NCBI GenBank assembly: GCA_026003475.1
Contig: BPHJ01000001.1
Span: 613,189 to 677,188 of the forward strand
Origin: Candidatus Kapaibacterium sp.
GTDB lineage: Bacteria; Bacteroidota; Ignavibacteria; Kapaibacteriales; NICIL-2
Reading direction: 5' to 3'
Length of the DNA stretch: 64,000 bases
A model generated the notes under the pieces. It ran no database searches, was not told where the DNA came from, and saw nothing but the letters and a program-made list of their open reading frames with translations. The first letter of the stretch is position 1. Each line of letters begins with the position of its first letter. The position numbers were made by a program, and so were the translations under genes. Positions 47,606-57,327 of this stretch are shown in pieces.

Positions 47606-49174
47606 ATGGGTCAGCTTCTGTTGCTGATAGTGCTGTTTCTTCCGCTGGTTGTTGCGATTGGTCTCCTTGGTGTTCCCAGTGGTCGTGTTGCAATCCACCG
47701 CTGGGCATCGCTTGCGACGGCCTTGGTTACATTCGTGCTATCGCTACCGCTCTATTGGCTTGTTGACCATGCGCGGGGCGATTTTCAACTTTTGACGAAT
47801 GTTACTTGGATACCATCCCTGGATGCTGGCTTTCGGATCGGACTCGATGGAATGAGTCTGCTGCTGGTTCTGCTGACAACCTTTACCATGCCCATCGCTA
47901 TTGGCGCTTCGGTGGGAGTGATTACCAAGCGCGAGAAAGAGTACTACGTGATGATGCTGTTGTTGGAAACAGCCATGATTGGGGTGTTCGTATCGCTGGA
48001 TATGTTCTTGTTCTATGTGTTCTGGGAGCTGATTTTGATTCCGATGTACTTCATCATCGGCATCTGGGGCGGACAGGACCGGATCTATGCTGCGATCAAG
48101 TTCTTTCTTTATACGATTGTCGGCTCACTTCTGATGCTGGTGGCGATCATCTGGCTTGGTTGGCATGCACAGGTAGCTACCGGACACTTCACCACAGATT
48201 TTGTCAAGCTCCGGGAGATAGCTCCGAGCATACCGCTTGATATCCAGCGGTGGTTGTTTGCAGCATTTGCACTGTCGTTTGCAATCAAGGTGCCGATCTT
48301 TCCCCTCCACACCTGGCTGCCGGATGCACACGTTCAAGCTCCAACAGCAGGGTCGGTAATCTTAGCCGGCATTTTGCTCAAGATGGGTACCTATGGATTG
48401 ATTCGTTTCAATCTTGATTTCTTTCCAGCGGCAGCGATTGAGTTTGCACCGTTGCTTGCAGTACTTGCGGTGATCGGTATTATCTATGGGGCACTGGTCG
48501 CCATGGTTCAGCCCGATATGAAAAAGCTCGTTGCATACTCGTCGGTCAGCCACCTTGGGTTCGTTGTCCTGGGCATAGCCTCCATGACCAATGAAGGTAT
48601 CCAGGGCGCCATCATCCAGATGGTCAACCACGGACTCTCGACAGGAATGCTGTTTTTATGCGTGGGGGTGCTCTACGAACGACGCCACACGCGCGACATT
48701 GCCGAGTATGGCGGTATTGCATCGGTGATGCCGCGGTTTGCTGTCCTCTTCGCAATCGCGATGTTGGCATCGGTCGGTTTGCCCGGTCTCAATGGATTTG
48801 TTGGGGAGTTTTTGACTCTGCTGGGAGGATTTCGGTCTCCCTACCTTGATAGCTGGGCATATAGCATTGTTGCAGCAACGGGGGTCATCTTCGCTGCGGT
48901 GTACCTTCTGTGGATGTTCCAGCGGGTGATGTATGGCAAGCTGACCAATCCCGCCAATGAGGGCCTTGCCGATGTTCGGGTTCAGGAGCTTTGGACGCTC
49001 GTGCCGATTGTGATTGTGATGGTATGGATTGGCGTCTATCCCCGGCCATTCTTGAATGCAAGTGCCAAATCCACGCAGGCTATCGTCGAAAAAGTACTGC
49101 ACTACGCAGTTCCGCAGGAGGTTGCTCTTGATCCTGCCAAAACAAGTCGGATTACCGAAACAAAGCGTCCATGA
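47606..49174 (+). CDS. nuoM: NADH-quinone oxidoreductase subunit M
   Basis: GLDGMS, FYVFWELILIPMY, KFFLYT, IKVPIFPLHTWLPDAHVQAP, LLKMGTYG, AYSSVSHLG, GLPGLNGFVGE. Confidence 0.95.
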   Translation: MGQLLLLIVLFLPLVVAIGLLGVPSGRVAIHRWASLATALVTFVLSLPLYWLVDHARGDFQLLTNVTWIPSLDAGFRIGLDGMSLLLVLLTTFTMPIAIGASVGVITKREKEYYVMMLLLETAMIGVFVSLDMFLFYVFWELILIPMYFIIGIWGGQDRIYAAIKFFLYTIVGSLLMLVAIIWLGWHAQVATGHFTTDFVKLREIAPSIPLDIQRWLFAAFALSFAIKVPIFPLHTWLPDAHVQAPTAGSVILAGILLKMGTYGLIRFNLDFFPAAAIEFAPLLAVLAVIGIIYGALVAMVQPDMKKLVAYSSVSHLGFVVLGIASMTNEGIQGAIIQMVNHGLSTGMLFLCVGVLYERRHTRDIAEYGGIASVMPRFAVLFAIAMLASVGLPGLNGFVGEFLTLLGGFRSPYLDSWAYSIVAATGVIFAAVYLLWMFQRVMYGKLTNPANEGLADVRVQELWTLVPIVIVMVWIGVYPRPFLNASAKSTQAIVEKVLHYAVPQEVALDPAKTSRITETKRP

Positions 49175-50598
49175 TGCACGAATGGTTTCTTGCGTCGCCG
49201 ATTGTTCTTGCATCGCTGGCAGCAGTTGCCGCGTTGATTGTTGATGCACTGACGCCCCACAGCGAGCGCGTAACGTATGGCTTTTCGATTGTGTCGTTGA
49301 TTCTTGTGCTAGTGGCGGCAGCAGGGACAGTTCCGTTCAATGGTACTGCGTTTGGGACAATGATTCGTGGTGGCGGTGTTGCTGCTGTTTTCGATTTAAT
49401 CTTCGCCTTGGGTGGAGTGCTGACGATTGTTGCATCGCGACCATACATTGCCGCTCGAAATTTCGAGCATGACGAGTTCTATACCCTTGTTCTCTATGCC
49501 ACTGCCGGCATGATGCTCATTGCACATGCACAGAACCTGCTCATCACGTTCATCGGCATCGAGGTTATGTCGCTGAGCTTCTACGTACTGGCTGGCTACT
49601 TCCGGCAAACGCTCCACTCAGTTGAAAGTGCGCTCAAATACTTCCTGCTCGGTGCGTTTGCTACCGGATTCCTGGCCTTTGGAATTGCGCTGGTCTACGG
49701 TGCAACTGGCAGTATCGAGTTCGGTGCAATTGCAACAGCGATCAACAAGGATGCGCTGAATTTTCCGCGTCTGCTTCCTATCGGAATTGCGCTTGTCATC
49801 GTTGGCCTTGGATTCAAGGTTGCTGTGTTTCCCTTTCACCAGTGGGCTCCCGATGTCTATGATGGAGCGCCGACGGTAGTCACGGGCTTTATGAGCACCG
49901 CGGGAAAGGCAGCAGCGTTGAGCGCATTTGTCCCGCTGGTCGTCAATGTTTTTCCAATAGCTGCCGCAAGTGTCCAAACAGTGTTAGCACTCTGTGCCGC
50001 AGCGACAATCGTGGTGGGTAATGTCGCAGCAGTTGTGCAGCGCCGCCTCAAACGAATGCTTGCCTATTCCTCGGTTGCGCATGCTGGATACATGCTCATT
50101 GGTCTTGCTGCCGGTAATAGCCGCGGACTGAGCGCAGTGGTGTTCTATGCCGTTGCGTATTTGTTCATGCAATTGGGTGCATTCGTTGTGTTAGCAATGC
50201 TCGAACGGGACGCCGAACGAAGTGTCGAACTGGAAGATTGCTCGGGTTTGAGCACGACCCATCCGGCGCTGGCAGCACTGATGGCCCTGTTCATGTTCTC
50301 GCTGGCAGGGATTCCGCCTATGGCGGGATTTTTTGGGAAGTATTACCTGTTTGCAGCAGCTATCGAGGCAGGATACACGTGGCTTGCTATCATCGGCGTT
50401 CTGGGTTCGATGGTCTCGGTGTACTACTACATCGGCGTTGTAGTGTACATGTATTTCAAGGAGTCTCGCGATGCTACCGAGCGCATGCGATTTGTCGGTC
50501 CCGAACGTGTGCCGTTGTTGATCAGTGCGGCGCTGCTTGTGGTGCTTGGCATTATCCCGACCGCATTGGAATCGCTGCTATCGAGCTTTTGGAAATAA
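49171..50598 (+). CDS. nuoN: NADH-quinone oxidoreductase subunit N
   Basis: IEVMSL..Y.L, ESALKYFLLG, GFKVAVFPFHQWAPDVYDGAP, KRMLAYSSVAHAGY, SLAGIPP.AGF.GK. Confidence 0.95.
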   Translation: MMHEWFLASPIVLASLAAVAALIVDALTPHSERVTYGFSIVSLILVLVAAAGTVPFNGTAFGTMIRGGGVAAVFDLIFALGGVLTIVASRPYIAARNFEHDEFYTLVLYATAGMMLIAHAQNLLITFIGIEVMSLSFYVLAGYFRQTLHSVESALKYFLLGAFATGFLAFGIALVYGATGSIEFGAIATAINKDALNFPRLLPIGIALVIVGLGFKVAVFPFHQWAPDVYDGAPTVVTGFMSTAGKAAALSAFVPLVVNVFPIAAASVQTVLALCAAATIVVGNVAAVVQRRLKRMLAYSSVAHAGYMLIGLAAGNSRGLSAVVFYAVAYLFMQLGAFVVLAMLERDAERSVELEDCSGLSTTHPALAALMALFMFSLAGIPPMAGFFGKYYLFAAAIEAGYTWLAIIGVLGSMVSVYYYIGVVVYMYFKESRDATERMRFVGPERVPLLISAALLVVLGIIPTALESLLSSFWK

Positions 50599-50623
50599 CT
50601 CGTCAGTAATCTGTGTGAAGGTG

Positions 50624-52822
50624 ATGCTCATCTGGTGGTGTGGTCTTGTGTTTACCCTGGTGGCCACTGCCCAGGAGAGCGTCCAGATTTACTTCGATCC
50701 CATCCGCCGAACAGCCGACACGTTGGATTTTGGCTATGTGATGGCTGGGGATAGCGTCCTTCGTCAATTGTTCATCGAGAACAGCTCACCGCTTGAGGTG
50801 ACGATACCGCAGGGGATTCGCCCGTACATTGCCATCGAGCCAACCCCACCGTTCCGTGACAATGACCCCGATGAATTTCCGTTGGAGGCGTTATTCCCTT
50901 TCCGAATCGCACCCGGACAAACACGAGCATATCCACTGCGGTACACCGCAACGTTGTTTCCCCAGCATCCAGCCGGACGCCATCAGGTCGCGCTGAGAGT
51001 ATCGGTGCGTAGCAGTGCCGATACGGCCAATGTTGTTGCCGAACGGCGCATCATCATGCGAGCAACGAAATCATTCCGACCGCTCTGGAGCGATCAAACA
51101 GCAGTAGCATTCGATTCGGTGTATGTTGGGTCGCCCTTCGATCGAGTGCAGATGGTTCAGGTGCGCAATGTTTATCGTCAGGCAGTGTCGGCACAGATCA
51201 TCCGTACCGGTGACGCGCGAAGCATGATGGCTTTTACGCTGGATGCCGAAACGAGCGATGTCTTTGCAAGCGAGGAAGAGAAGCTCTACCGAGCGCAATT
51301 CCGCCCGATAGTACCCGGCAGCTATGCTCTCGATGTGCTGTTTGTCCATCCATCGCCACTCCGCAACGGCGGACAGGATACAACGACCGTTCAGCTTCGG
51401 GGTGTCGGGGTTGTGCAACAGTTGCAATGCCGTGCTGCACTTGCACCGAATGTTGAGATTGTTGGGGATACCATCATTGCCCGCTACCGCGCCATTGGCT
51501 CGAGCGATACAATCCCGCTGGTGTTTCAGAACGTCGGCAACATCCCCATTGGCGTGATTGAAACCCAATTGGACCCTTCAGGTTCGGTCGAGGAGGTAAC
51601 GATCCGTCGTCCTTTTTCGCAGGCGGCAAACCTTGTTCCTCAAGCGCTCGATACGGTTGTCCTTGTGGTGCGACCGGTTCGGGCGGGAACAAACCAGGTT
51701 ACGCTCCGCTTGCAAACCGATCTTCTGCAACGTTCCATCTATGGTGCGCCAAGTGATGCAGCCCAGTTGCGCTTTACGCTCCGCATTGAAAGTATGCCGC
51801 AGCGACTGGCCGCACTCCAACCAGAGATGGACTTTGGAACCACTCTTGCATTGGGTTCGTGTGGTGAAACGTTGACTGATACAGTGCAATTAGAAAATCG
51901 CAGTGACGAGCCTGTAACGATTACCGCTCTTAGCGTACCACCACCATTTTCGGTGCCTGTTACCACACCCGTTGTCGTTGCAGCAAGAACAGTGCTTGCA
52001 CTCCCGATTATCGTATCACCGGTGGATCGTGCAGCAGATGTCAGTGGCGATCTCGGCATCGAGAGCAGCGATAGCGCGTACTCACCGCTCAAAGTCAAGC
52101 TCCGAGTTCGCTTCGTGCAGCCGCAACCGTTGTCGCTCCAGTTGCAGCCAGTCGAGTACGTTCCGGGCGAAACTGTCCATGTTCTGCTCGGTTGCAGTGG
52201 CGAGCGTGCAGCAGTCTATTCGGCAGGTGCAATCGAACTTTCCCTTGAGCCAACAATGGCTGAGCTCCATGGCGTCCAAACTGCCAACACCGCCCTGCAA
52301 GGGGCGACTGTTTCGATGGTATCACTTGGGAATGGACGCTATCGAGTTCAGTTTCAATCATCCCAGCATTTCTTTGCTCGTGATACGTTCGCGGTACTTG
52401 TGCTGCGAACATATCTTGGTCAGCAACCGCAATCCTCGGTTGCGATTACCTCGTTCCAAACTGGATCGGTGCGATGTCCTGATGCAATTAGAGGAGAGGG
52501 TGCACATGCAACGCTTGCGGTCGAGCCTTTCTGTGGGATGGGATACAAGTTCCCGATTGTTTTTCCTACGCTGGTGATGAGCGATGCTTGGGTGGTTCCC
52601 GAAGGAGGAATCATGCTCGATTGCTGGTCTGATCGAGAGCGCTCGGCTCAGCTTGTGTGTGTTAGTGCTGATGGACGAACGATCACGCAGCATCAGTTGT
52701 CGCTACGTTCCGGGCGGCAAACAATCATCGTTCCGGTGGAGCTTGCTCCAGGCGTCTATGGATTGCGACTGCAAGGTGAGCATACCAGCCAAGAGGCTCG
52801 TCGTGTGGTCCTGGTTCGCTAA
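50624..52822 (+). CDS. Secreted multi-Ig-fold (ASH/choice-of-anchor D-like) protein with a T9SS type-A-like C-terminal domain
   Basis: Signal ends ATAQ; repeated [LM]DFG...(D)T..L.N units; C-terminus ...ADGR...LAPGVYGLRL...RRVVLVR resembles a T9SS CTD. Confidence 0.65.
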   Translation: MLIWWCGLVFTLVATAQESVQIYFDPIRRTADTLDFGYVMAGDSVLRQLFIENSSPLEVTIPQGIRPYIAIEPTPPFRDNDPDEFPLEALFPFRIAPGQTRAYPLRYTATLFPQHPAGRHQVALRVSVRSSADTANVVAERRIIMRATKSFRPLWSDQTAVAFDSVYVGSPFDRVQMVQVRNVYRQAVSAQIIRTGDARSMMAFTLDAETSDVFASEEEKLYRAQFRPIVPGSYALDVLFVHPSPLRNGGQDTTTVQLRGVGVVQQLQCRAALAPNVEIVGDTIIARYRAIGSSDTIPLVFQNVGNIPIGVIETQLDPSGSVEEVTIRRPFSQAANLVPQALDTVVLVVRPVRAGTNQVTLRLQTDLLQRSIYGAPSDAAQLRFTLRIESMPQRLAALQPEMDFGTTLALGSCGETLTDTVQLENRSDEPVTITALSVPPPFSVPVTTPVVVAARTVLALPIIVSPVDRAADVSGDLGIESSDSAYSPLKVKLRVRFVQPQPLSLQLQPVEYVPGETVHVLLGCSGERAAVYSAGAIELSLEPTMAELHGVQTANTALQGATVSMVSLGNGRYRVQFQSSQHFFARDTFAVLVLRTYLGQQPQSSVAITSFQTGSVRCPDAIRGEGAHATLAVEPFCGMGYKFPIVFPTLVMSDAWVVPEGGIMLDCWSDRERSAQLVCVSADGRTITQHQLSLRSGRQTIIVPVELAPGVYGLRLQGEHTSQEARRVVLVR

Positions 52823-53558
52823 GCTCTGGATTACTCTCTGCGCTCCGCTGACGATCATGGCGCAAGGGTTCGACTGGGTCCCAACCTATATGCTCCCCTT
52901 CCGAATTCCAACGGTGTACGGCATTACGGGGGTTCAACTCGATGCCGTCACTCTCCACGATACTCGTGCTGTTACACAGGGAACACTTGTCTGCGCATCC
53001 TACGGCGACGGAACGGGAGTCCAGGGCAAGTTCACCGTTGGGGGAGAGTGGTGGGCACAGGCAGATGTCTCTTTGGCGCTCTTGCTCAACGTTGGTTGGC
53101 TTCGAACCACGCATTATGCCAGCGGAACGGTTGCACCGTTAGTTACTGGCGAGATGCTCCGAACCGAATATGTGCTGTCAACATCGCGGCTGCTTGTCAG
53201 TGTCCAAGTCGCTGCGAAAAAGCGGTTGCTCCTGCGCTATGGATGGCTGCGAGCGGGAATCGAGCTGGGTACGTACCTGGCACCATCTGTCGAACAGCGC
53301 GAGCGAGTGCTCGAGCCGAGTTGGTACATGTTTGCGACAACACCACCAAGTCAGCAGGTAGTTATCGCGTCTGGCACCGATAACCGAACCAACCTGCACG
53401 GCTCAGTGGTGCTCTCGATTGGGTACGACCTTTCGGTACGCAACGGACTGTACGTGCTGCCGTCGGTGGAGGCTGCCTTGCCCCTTACGCTTACGGCGGG
53501 CGACTTTCGTCTATGGCGCATAGGCATTTCGATTCCGATCGCGTTTTCGCTTCCATGA
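52803..53558 (+). CDS. Putative outer-membrane beta-barrel protein
   Basis: Signal-like N-terminus from GTG 52803 ending IMAQ; alternating hydrophobic strands; C-terminus WRIGISIPIAFSLP; start uncertain. Confidence 0.55.
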   Translation: MWSWFAKLWITLCAPLTIMAQGFDWVPTYMLPFRIPTVYGITGVQLDAVTLHDTRAVTQGTLVCASYGDGTGVQGKFTVGGEWWAQADVSLALLLNVGWLRTTHYASGTVAPLVTGEMLRTEYVLSTSRLLVSVQVAAKKRLLLRYGWLRAGIELGTYLAPSVEQRERVLEPSWYMFATTPPSQQVVIASGTDNRTNLHGSVVLSIGYDLSVRNGLYVLPSVEAALPLTLTAGDFRLWRIGISIPIAFSLP

Positions 53559-53582
53559 TGTTTCACATTTTTCTGTTCTGCG

Positions 53583-54296
53583 ATGAAACTGCTTGCATGT
53601 CTGCTCACCGTCGTTGCTGCAGCGGTTGTTGCGACGGCTCAACCAAAACTCGAGATCATCGGCGGTGACACCTACAACTGGGGACAGATCAAACCCAGCA
53701 ATAACCCGCTCAAGGGTACGCTCAAACTCAAGAATGCCGGCAATGAGCCGCTCGAGATCAAATCCGTCAAGCCAAGCTGCGGCTGTACCGCAACAAAGCT
53801 CGATAAGAATATCCTCGAACCCGGAGAAGTGGCCTCGGTTGATGTCTCGCTCAATATTGGGACTGCTACCGGACCGATCACGAAGACTGTAACCATTACG
53901 TCGAGCGACCCGAGCAACGAAACCAAGATCGTGTACCTTCGTGCGGAGGTCGTTCGGGCTGTTATGCTTTCGATGCCCTATATCGCCTTCACTGATCTGA
54001 GCATTGGGAAGCAGTCAACGGCAAGCATTACTGTCAAGAACAACTCCAGCGAGAATATCACCTGTTTTGGATTCGAAGCGACCAATGGACTGATTGTAAA
54101 TCCGAAAGGCCGCGTCGAACTCAAGCCAGGCGAAGAGTTCAAGCTCAGTGCATCGCTGGTACCCGACGCGGAGGGATACTTCAACGGAACCATCAAGTTC
54201 TCGACGTCGCATCCAGACTTCCCAACGATTGATGTGCCGGTCTATGGGAATGTCCTCAAGCCAGCATCGCCAGTTTTTCAACCGGGTCGGCCTTGA
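53583..54296 (+). CDS. DUF1573 domain-containing exported protein
   Basis: Signal ends ATAQ; KNAGNEPLEIKSVKPSCGCT...LEPGE; KTVTITSSDP. Confidence 0.9.
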   Translation: MKLLACLLTVVAAAVVATAQPKLEIIGGDTYNWGQIKPSNNPLKGTLKLKNAGNEPLEIKSVKPSCGCTATKLDKNILEPGEVASVDVSLNIGTATGPITKTVTITSSDPSNETKIVYLRAEVVRAVMLSMPYIAFTDLSIGKQSTASITVKNNSSENITCFGFEATNGLIVNPKGRVELKPGEEFKLSASLVPDAEGYFNGTIKFSTSHPDFPTIDVPVYGNVLKPASPVFQPGRP

Positions 54297-54297
54297 G

Positions 54298-55782
54298 TTA
54301 AGTGCTGTTGGGATTTCGCCCGATTTTTTCCAGTGCCCAGCGAAATACGTTCAGGTATTGCTGGGCACTTTTTGTTGCGGAGAAGTCTTGACGCATTCCG
54401 TTGGTACGGATTCGATTCCAGTGGACCGGATGGCGGTAATACCGCAATGCGCGCTCGATTGCGCGGGCGAATGCAGAAGCTGAGTATTCGCCGAAAGTAA
54501 ATCCAGTGCCAGTACCGGTAACTGGGTCGTACTCCTCGACAGTATCGGCAAGCCCACCTGTTGCGCGGACAATCGGCACGGTGCCGTAGCGAAGCGCATA
54601 AATCTGAGTCAACCCGCATGGCTCGAATAAAGACGGCATCACTAAGAAATCCGAGCTTGCAATGACGTGGTGCGAAAGGGATGCGTTATAGCCGGTGTAC
54701 ACGAGCACCCGTGTTGGGTAGCGTCGCCCAAGACGATGGAGCGCGTGTTCATACCGCGCTTCGCCGCTGCCCAGGATGGCAAATCGTGCGCGTCCGGTTC
54801 GCACAAATTGCTCGATGCATCCCAATAGCAAGTCAATGCCTTTTTGCGCAGTCAATCGCGATACCATACCCAAGATTGGAATTTCGAGCGTGCGATCGTG
54901 AGGCGGGACTGATTCTTCGAGCAATCCTGCTTTGTTGCGGTCCTTGTCGCTGAGCGTTTCGATGCCGTAGGGTGCTGCAATGTGTGGATCGGTTTGGGGA
55001 TCCCATTCGGTGTAATCAGCGCCGTTGAGAACGCCCAAGAAGTCTGCTCCGCGTAAGTTCAGATAGGGTTGCATTCCCATGCCCGCACTTGTCCAACGAA
55101 TTTCCCGGGCATAAGTTGGGCTCACGGTTGTGATCTTGTCGGCAAACATGATGCCCGTTTTCATCAAGTTCACCGCACCGTCGTGTTCGAACCACGATCC
55201 AGGGAATTGGTCGAGGGGGAAATTTGCCAATGGCAGGATGCGTCGAGGATCGCTCTGCCCCTGAAAAGCGATGTTATGGATGGTAAAGACACCGGCTGTG
55301 CGTGCAAAACGCGGATGGAAACGATAGTGGGATTTCAAGAATGCCAAGGCAAATGCTGTATGCCAGTCGTGTGCGTGGATGATGTCGGGGACAAAATCAA
55401 TGCTCGATGCAATTTCAAGCGCTGCACGCGAGAGGAACAGAAAGCGCCGATCGTTATCGGGATAGCCATCGGGATCACCGTAAATCCCAGCCCGATCGAA
55501 GTAATCACGCGACTCGAGGAAGTAAACTGGTACATCTGTTCCTGGCAACACACCGCGCCACAGACGCGTGTATTCTTGCCACCAGCCGATGGGCACTGCG
55601 ACCACACTGCTGGTGGGTTTGATGTTCCATCGCTGGCAATCAATGTTGCCGTACTTGGGAAGGACAACGCGAACCGAATGACCGAGCCCATGCCACTCTT
55701 TTGCAAGTGCACTGACGACGTCGGCTAATCCGCCAATCTTAGCGAAGGGAGAGCATTCGGCAGCAACTGCAAGAATGTTCAT
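54298..55782 (-). CDS. glgA: Glycogen synthase
   Basis: E..PFAK.GGLADV, HAHDWH, TIHNIAFQG, VSRLTAQKG, MPSLFEPCGLTQ, TGGLADTV. Confidence 0.96.
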   Translation of the reverse strand: MNILAVAAECSPFAKIGGLADVVSALAKEWHGLGHSVRVVLPKYGNIDCQRWNIKPTSSVVAVPIGWWQEYTRLWRGVLPGTDVPVYFLESRDYFDRAGIYGDPDGYPDNDRRFLFLSRAALEIASSIDFVPDIIHAHDWHTAFALAFLKSHYRFHPRFARTAGVFTIHNIAFQGQSDPRRILPLANFPLDQFPGSWFEHDGAVNLMKTGIMFADKITTVSPTYAREIRWTSAGMGMQPYLNLRGADFLGVLNGADYTEWDPQTDPHIAAPYGIETLSDKDRNKAGLLEESVPPHDRTLEIPILGMVSRLTAQKGIDLLLGCIEQFVRTGRARFAILGSGEARYEHALHRLGRRYPTRVLVYTGYNASLSHHVIASSDFLVMPSLFEPCGLTQIYALRYGTVPIVRATGGLADTVEEYDPVTGTGTGFTFGEYSASAFARAIERALRYYRHPVHWNRIRTNGMRQDFSATKSAQQYLNVFRWALEKIGRNPNST

Positions 55783-56627
55783 CGTGTGTCGGTACGGGTT
55801 CGTGTGACAAAGGTTCGATAGGTCGGAAACATGGTTGCCGCTGCCAAGGTGTGTTCTTCGCTGGGGAAGAAACCATACAGCGCCGAACCAGTTCCCGTCA
55901 GCGATGCATACGTCGCACCGGAGGCGTAGAGCTGTTCTTTGATGCGCGCAAGTTCGGGATAGAGAGGAAAGACGACAGCTTCAAAATCGTTGGTGCAAAC
56001 CGATCGCAGGAATTCATCGCTCACATTCGATGCGAAGACCGCATCGCAGAGCAACCGCGGGCGAGTGTGCTCACTATGCCGATGCAATTGTCCGTATGCC
56101 CAGGCAGTCGAGATGTGAATGCCAGGTGCTACAATCAGCACATGCCGAGGCGGCATCGGAGGAAGCGGAGTGAGCACTTCCCCCCGTCCTTCGGCGTAGG
56201 CAAGCTGTGGTTGGAGAAAGAACGGCACATCGCTACCAAGCTGAAGAGCAAGTTGTGGGAGTAACTCTGCCGCATTGGGTGCGTTCCACAATTGGCACAG
56301 TCCCACAAGTGTCGCTGCTGCATCGGAGCTCCCGCCGCCGAGTCCGCTCCCATGCGGAATGTGTTTGGTGATGGTTATCTTTGCGCCCGCTGTGGTATGC
56401 CGCATCGCCAAGAGCAATCTGGCAGCGCGGTAAGCAAGGTTATCCTGCTCATCAATTCCCAGCGACGGTTGCATGCGAATGGCGATGGTGTCGGCTTCTT
56501 CGATGACGATCTCGTCGTGGAGTTCGACAGGCACAAAGACCGTAGCAATTGAGTGATAACCATCGGCACGCTTCCCCAGAACGTGCAATCCAACGTTGAT
56601 TTTCGCGTAGGCTCGACGCAGTAGCAT
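55779..56627 (-). CDS. ispE: 4-diphosphocytidyl-2-C-methyl-D-erythritol kinase
   Basis: AKINVGLHV...RADGYH, K.IPHGSGLGGGSSDAA, LGSDVPFF, NDFE, LTGTGS. Confidence 0.95.
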   Translation of the reverse strand: MLLRRAYAKINVGLHVLGKRADGYHSIATVFVPVELHDEIVIEEADTIAIRMQPSLGIDEQDNLAYRAARLLLAMRHTTAGAKITITKHIPHGSGLGGGSSDAAATLVGLCQLWNAPNAAELLPQLALQLGSDVPFFLQPQLAYAEGRGEVLTPLPPMPPRHVLIVAPGIHISTAWAYGQLHRHSEHTRPRLLCDAVFASNVSDEFLRSVCTNDFEAVVFPLYPELARIKEQLYASGATYASLTGTGSALYGFFPSEEHTLAAATMFPTYRTFVTRTRTDTR

Positions 56628-57327
56628 GAGCACTCAAACGATTGAACAAAGTGCAAAATTACCGTCTGCTGTACCGCCGGATGATATTTCGTTCGGCGCA
56701 GAGCTTCTGCGGAAAGGTATTCACCTGCTATCGCTATCCATTCCCATTGGCTATGCGTTGATGACAAAGCATCAAGCGCTTGCAATCCTTGTGCCCTTGA
56801 CGGTAGCATTCGTCGTCGCTGACGTTCTCATTCATTGGAGTAAGCCCGTGCGGCGGTTTGCGCTCCAGTTGGTTGGACCGCTGCTGCGACCGCATGAATT
56901 GCGCAGCGATCGGCTCTTGCTCAATGGGGCGTCGTATGTGCTCATCAGTGCGTGCATCGTCATAGCACTGTTCCCCAAACTCATCGCGATAACATCCTTT
57001 GCGATTCTGATCATTAGTGACATTAGCGCCGCCCTCGTCGGGCGTCGGTATGGCACACACCGATTCCTCGATAAGTCGCTGGAGGGAACAATCGCATTTT
57101 TTGTGTCTGCGCTCATCGTTATCGGTGTTATCGGTGCTTGCTACGATGCTCCCGCGGTGTATTTCGTCATTGGCACCTGTGCAGCAGCGGTGGGGGCATT
57201 AGCAGAAAATCTTTCAATCCGACTCAAGATGGACGACAACGTATCCATCCCGCTCAGTATCGGCGCAGTCATGTGGGGACTTGCGCTGCTTTTTCCGTCG
57301 GGTGAACTGTTACTGGGTATCGCATGA
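56626..57327 (+). CDS. CTP-dependent isoprenoid-alcohol/diacylglycerol kinase family membrane protein (SEC59/DGK1/VTE5)
   Basis: RKGIHL, LLRPHE, SD.SAALVGRRYG, KSLEG, DDN.SIPL; about 7 TM segments. Confidence 0.85.
   Translation: MSTQTIEQSAKLPSAVPPDDISFGAELLRKGIHLLSLSIPIGYALMTKHQALAILVPLTVAFVVADVLIHWSKPVRRFALQLVGPLLRPHELRSDRLLLNGASYVLISACIVIALFPKLIAITSFAILIISDISAALVGRRYGTHRFLDKSLEGTIAFFVSALIVIGVIGACYDAPAVYFVIGTCAAAVGALAENLSIRLKMDDNVSIPLSIGAVMWGLALLFPSGELLLGIA
56654..56661 (-). promoter_or_regulatory. Bacteroidota-type -7 promoter element upstream of ispE-glgA
   Basis: TAATTTTG on the minus strand, 26 nt before the ispE ATG, inside the divergent kinase CDS. Confidence 0.55.

Noticed and set aside
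47606..50598. Mrp antiporter or hydrogenase membrane subunits
   Set aside because: The motifs match NuoM and NuoN specifically, and no mrpBCEFG or hydrogenase genes are adjacent.
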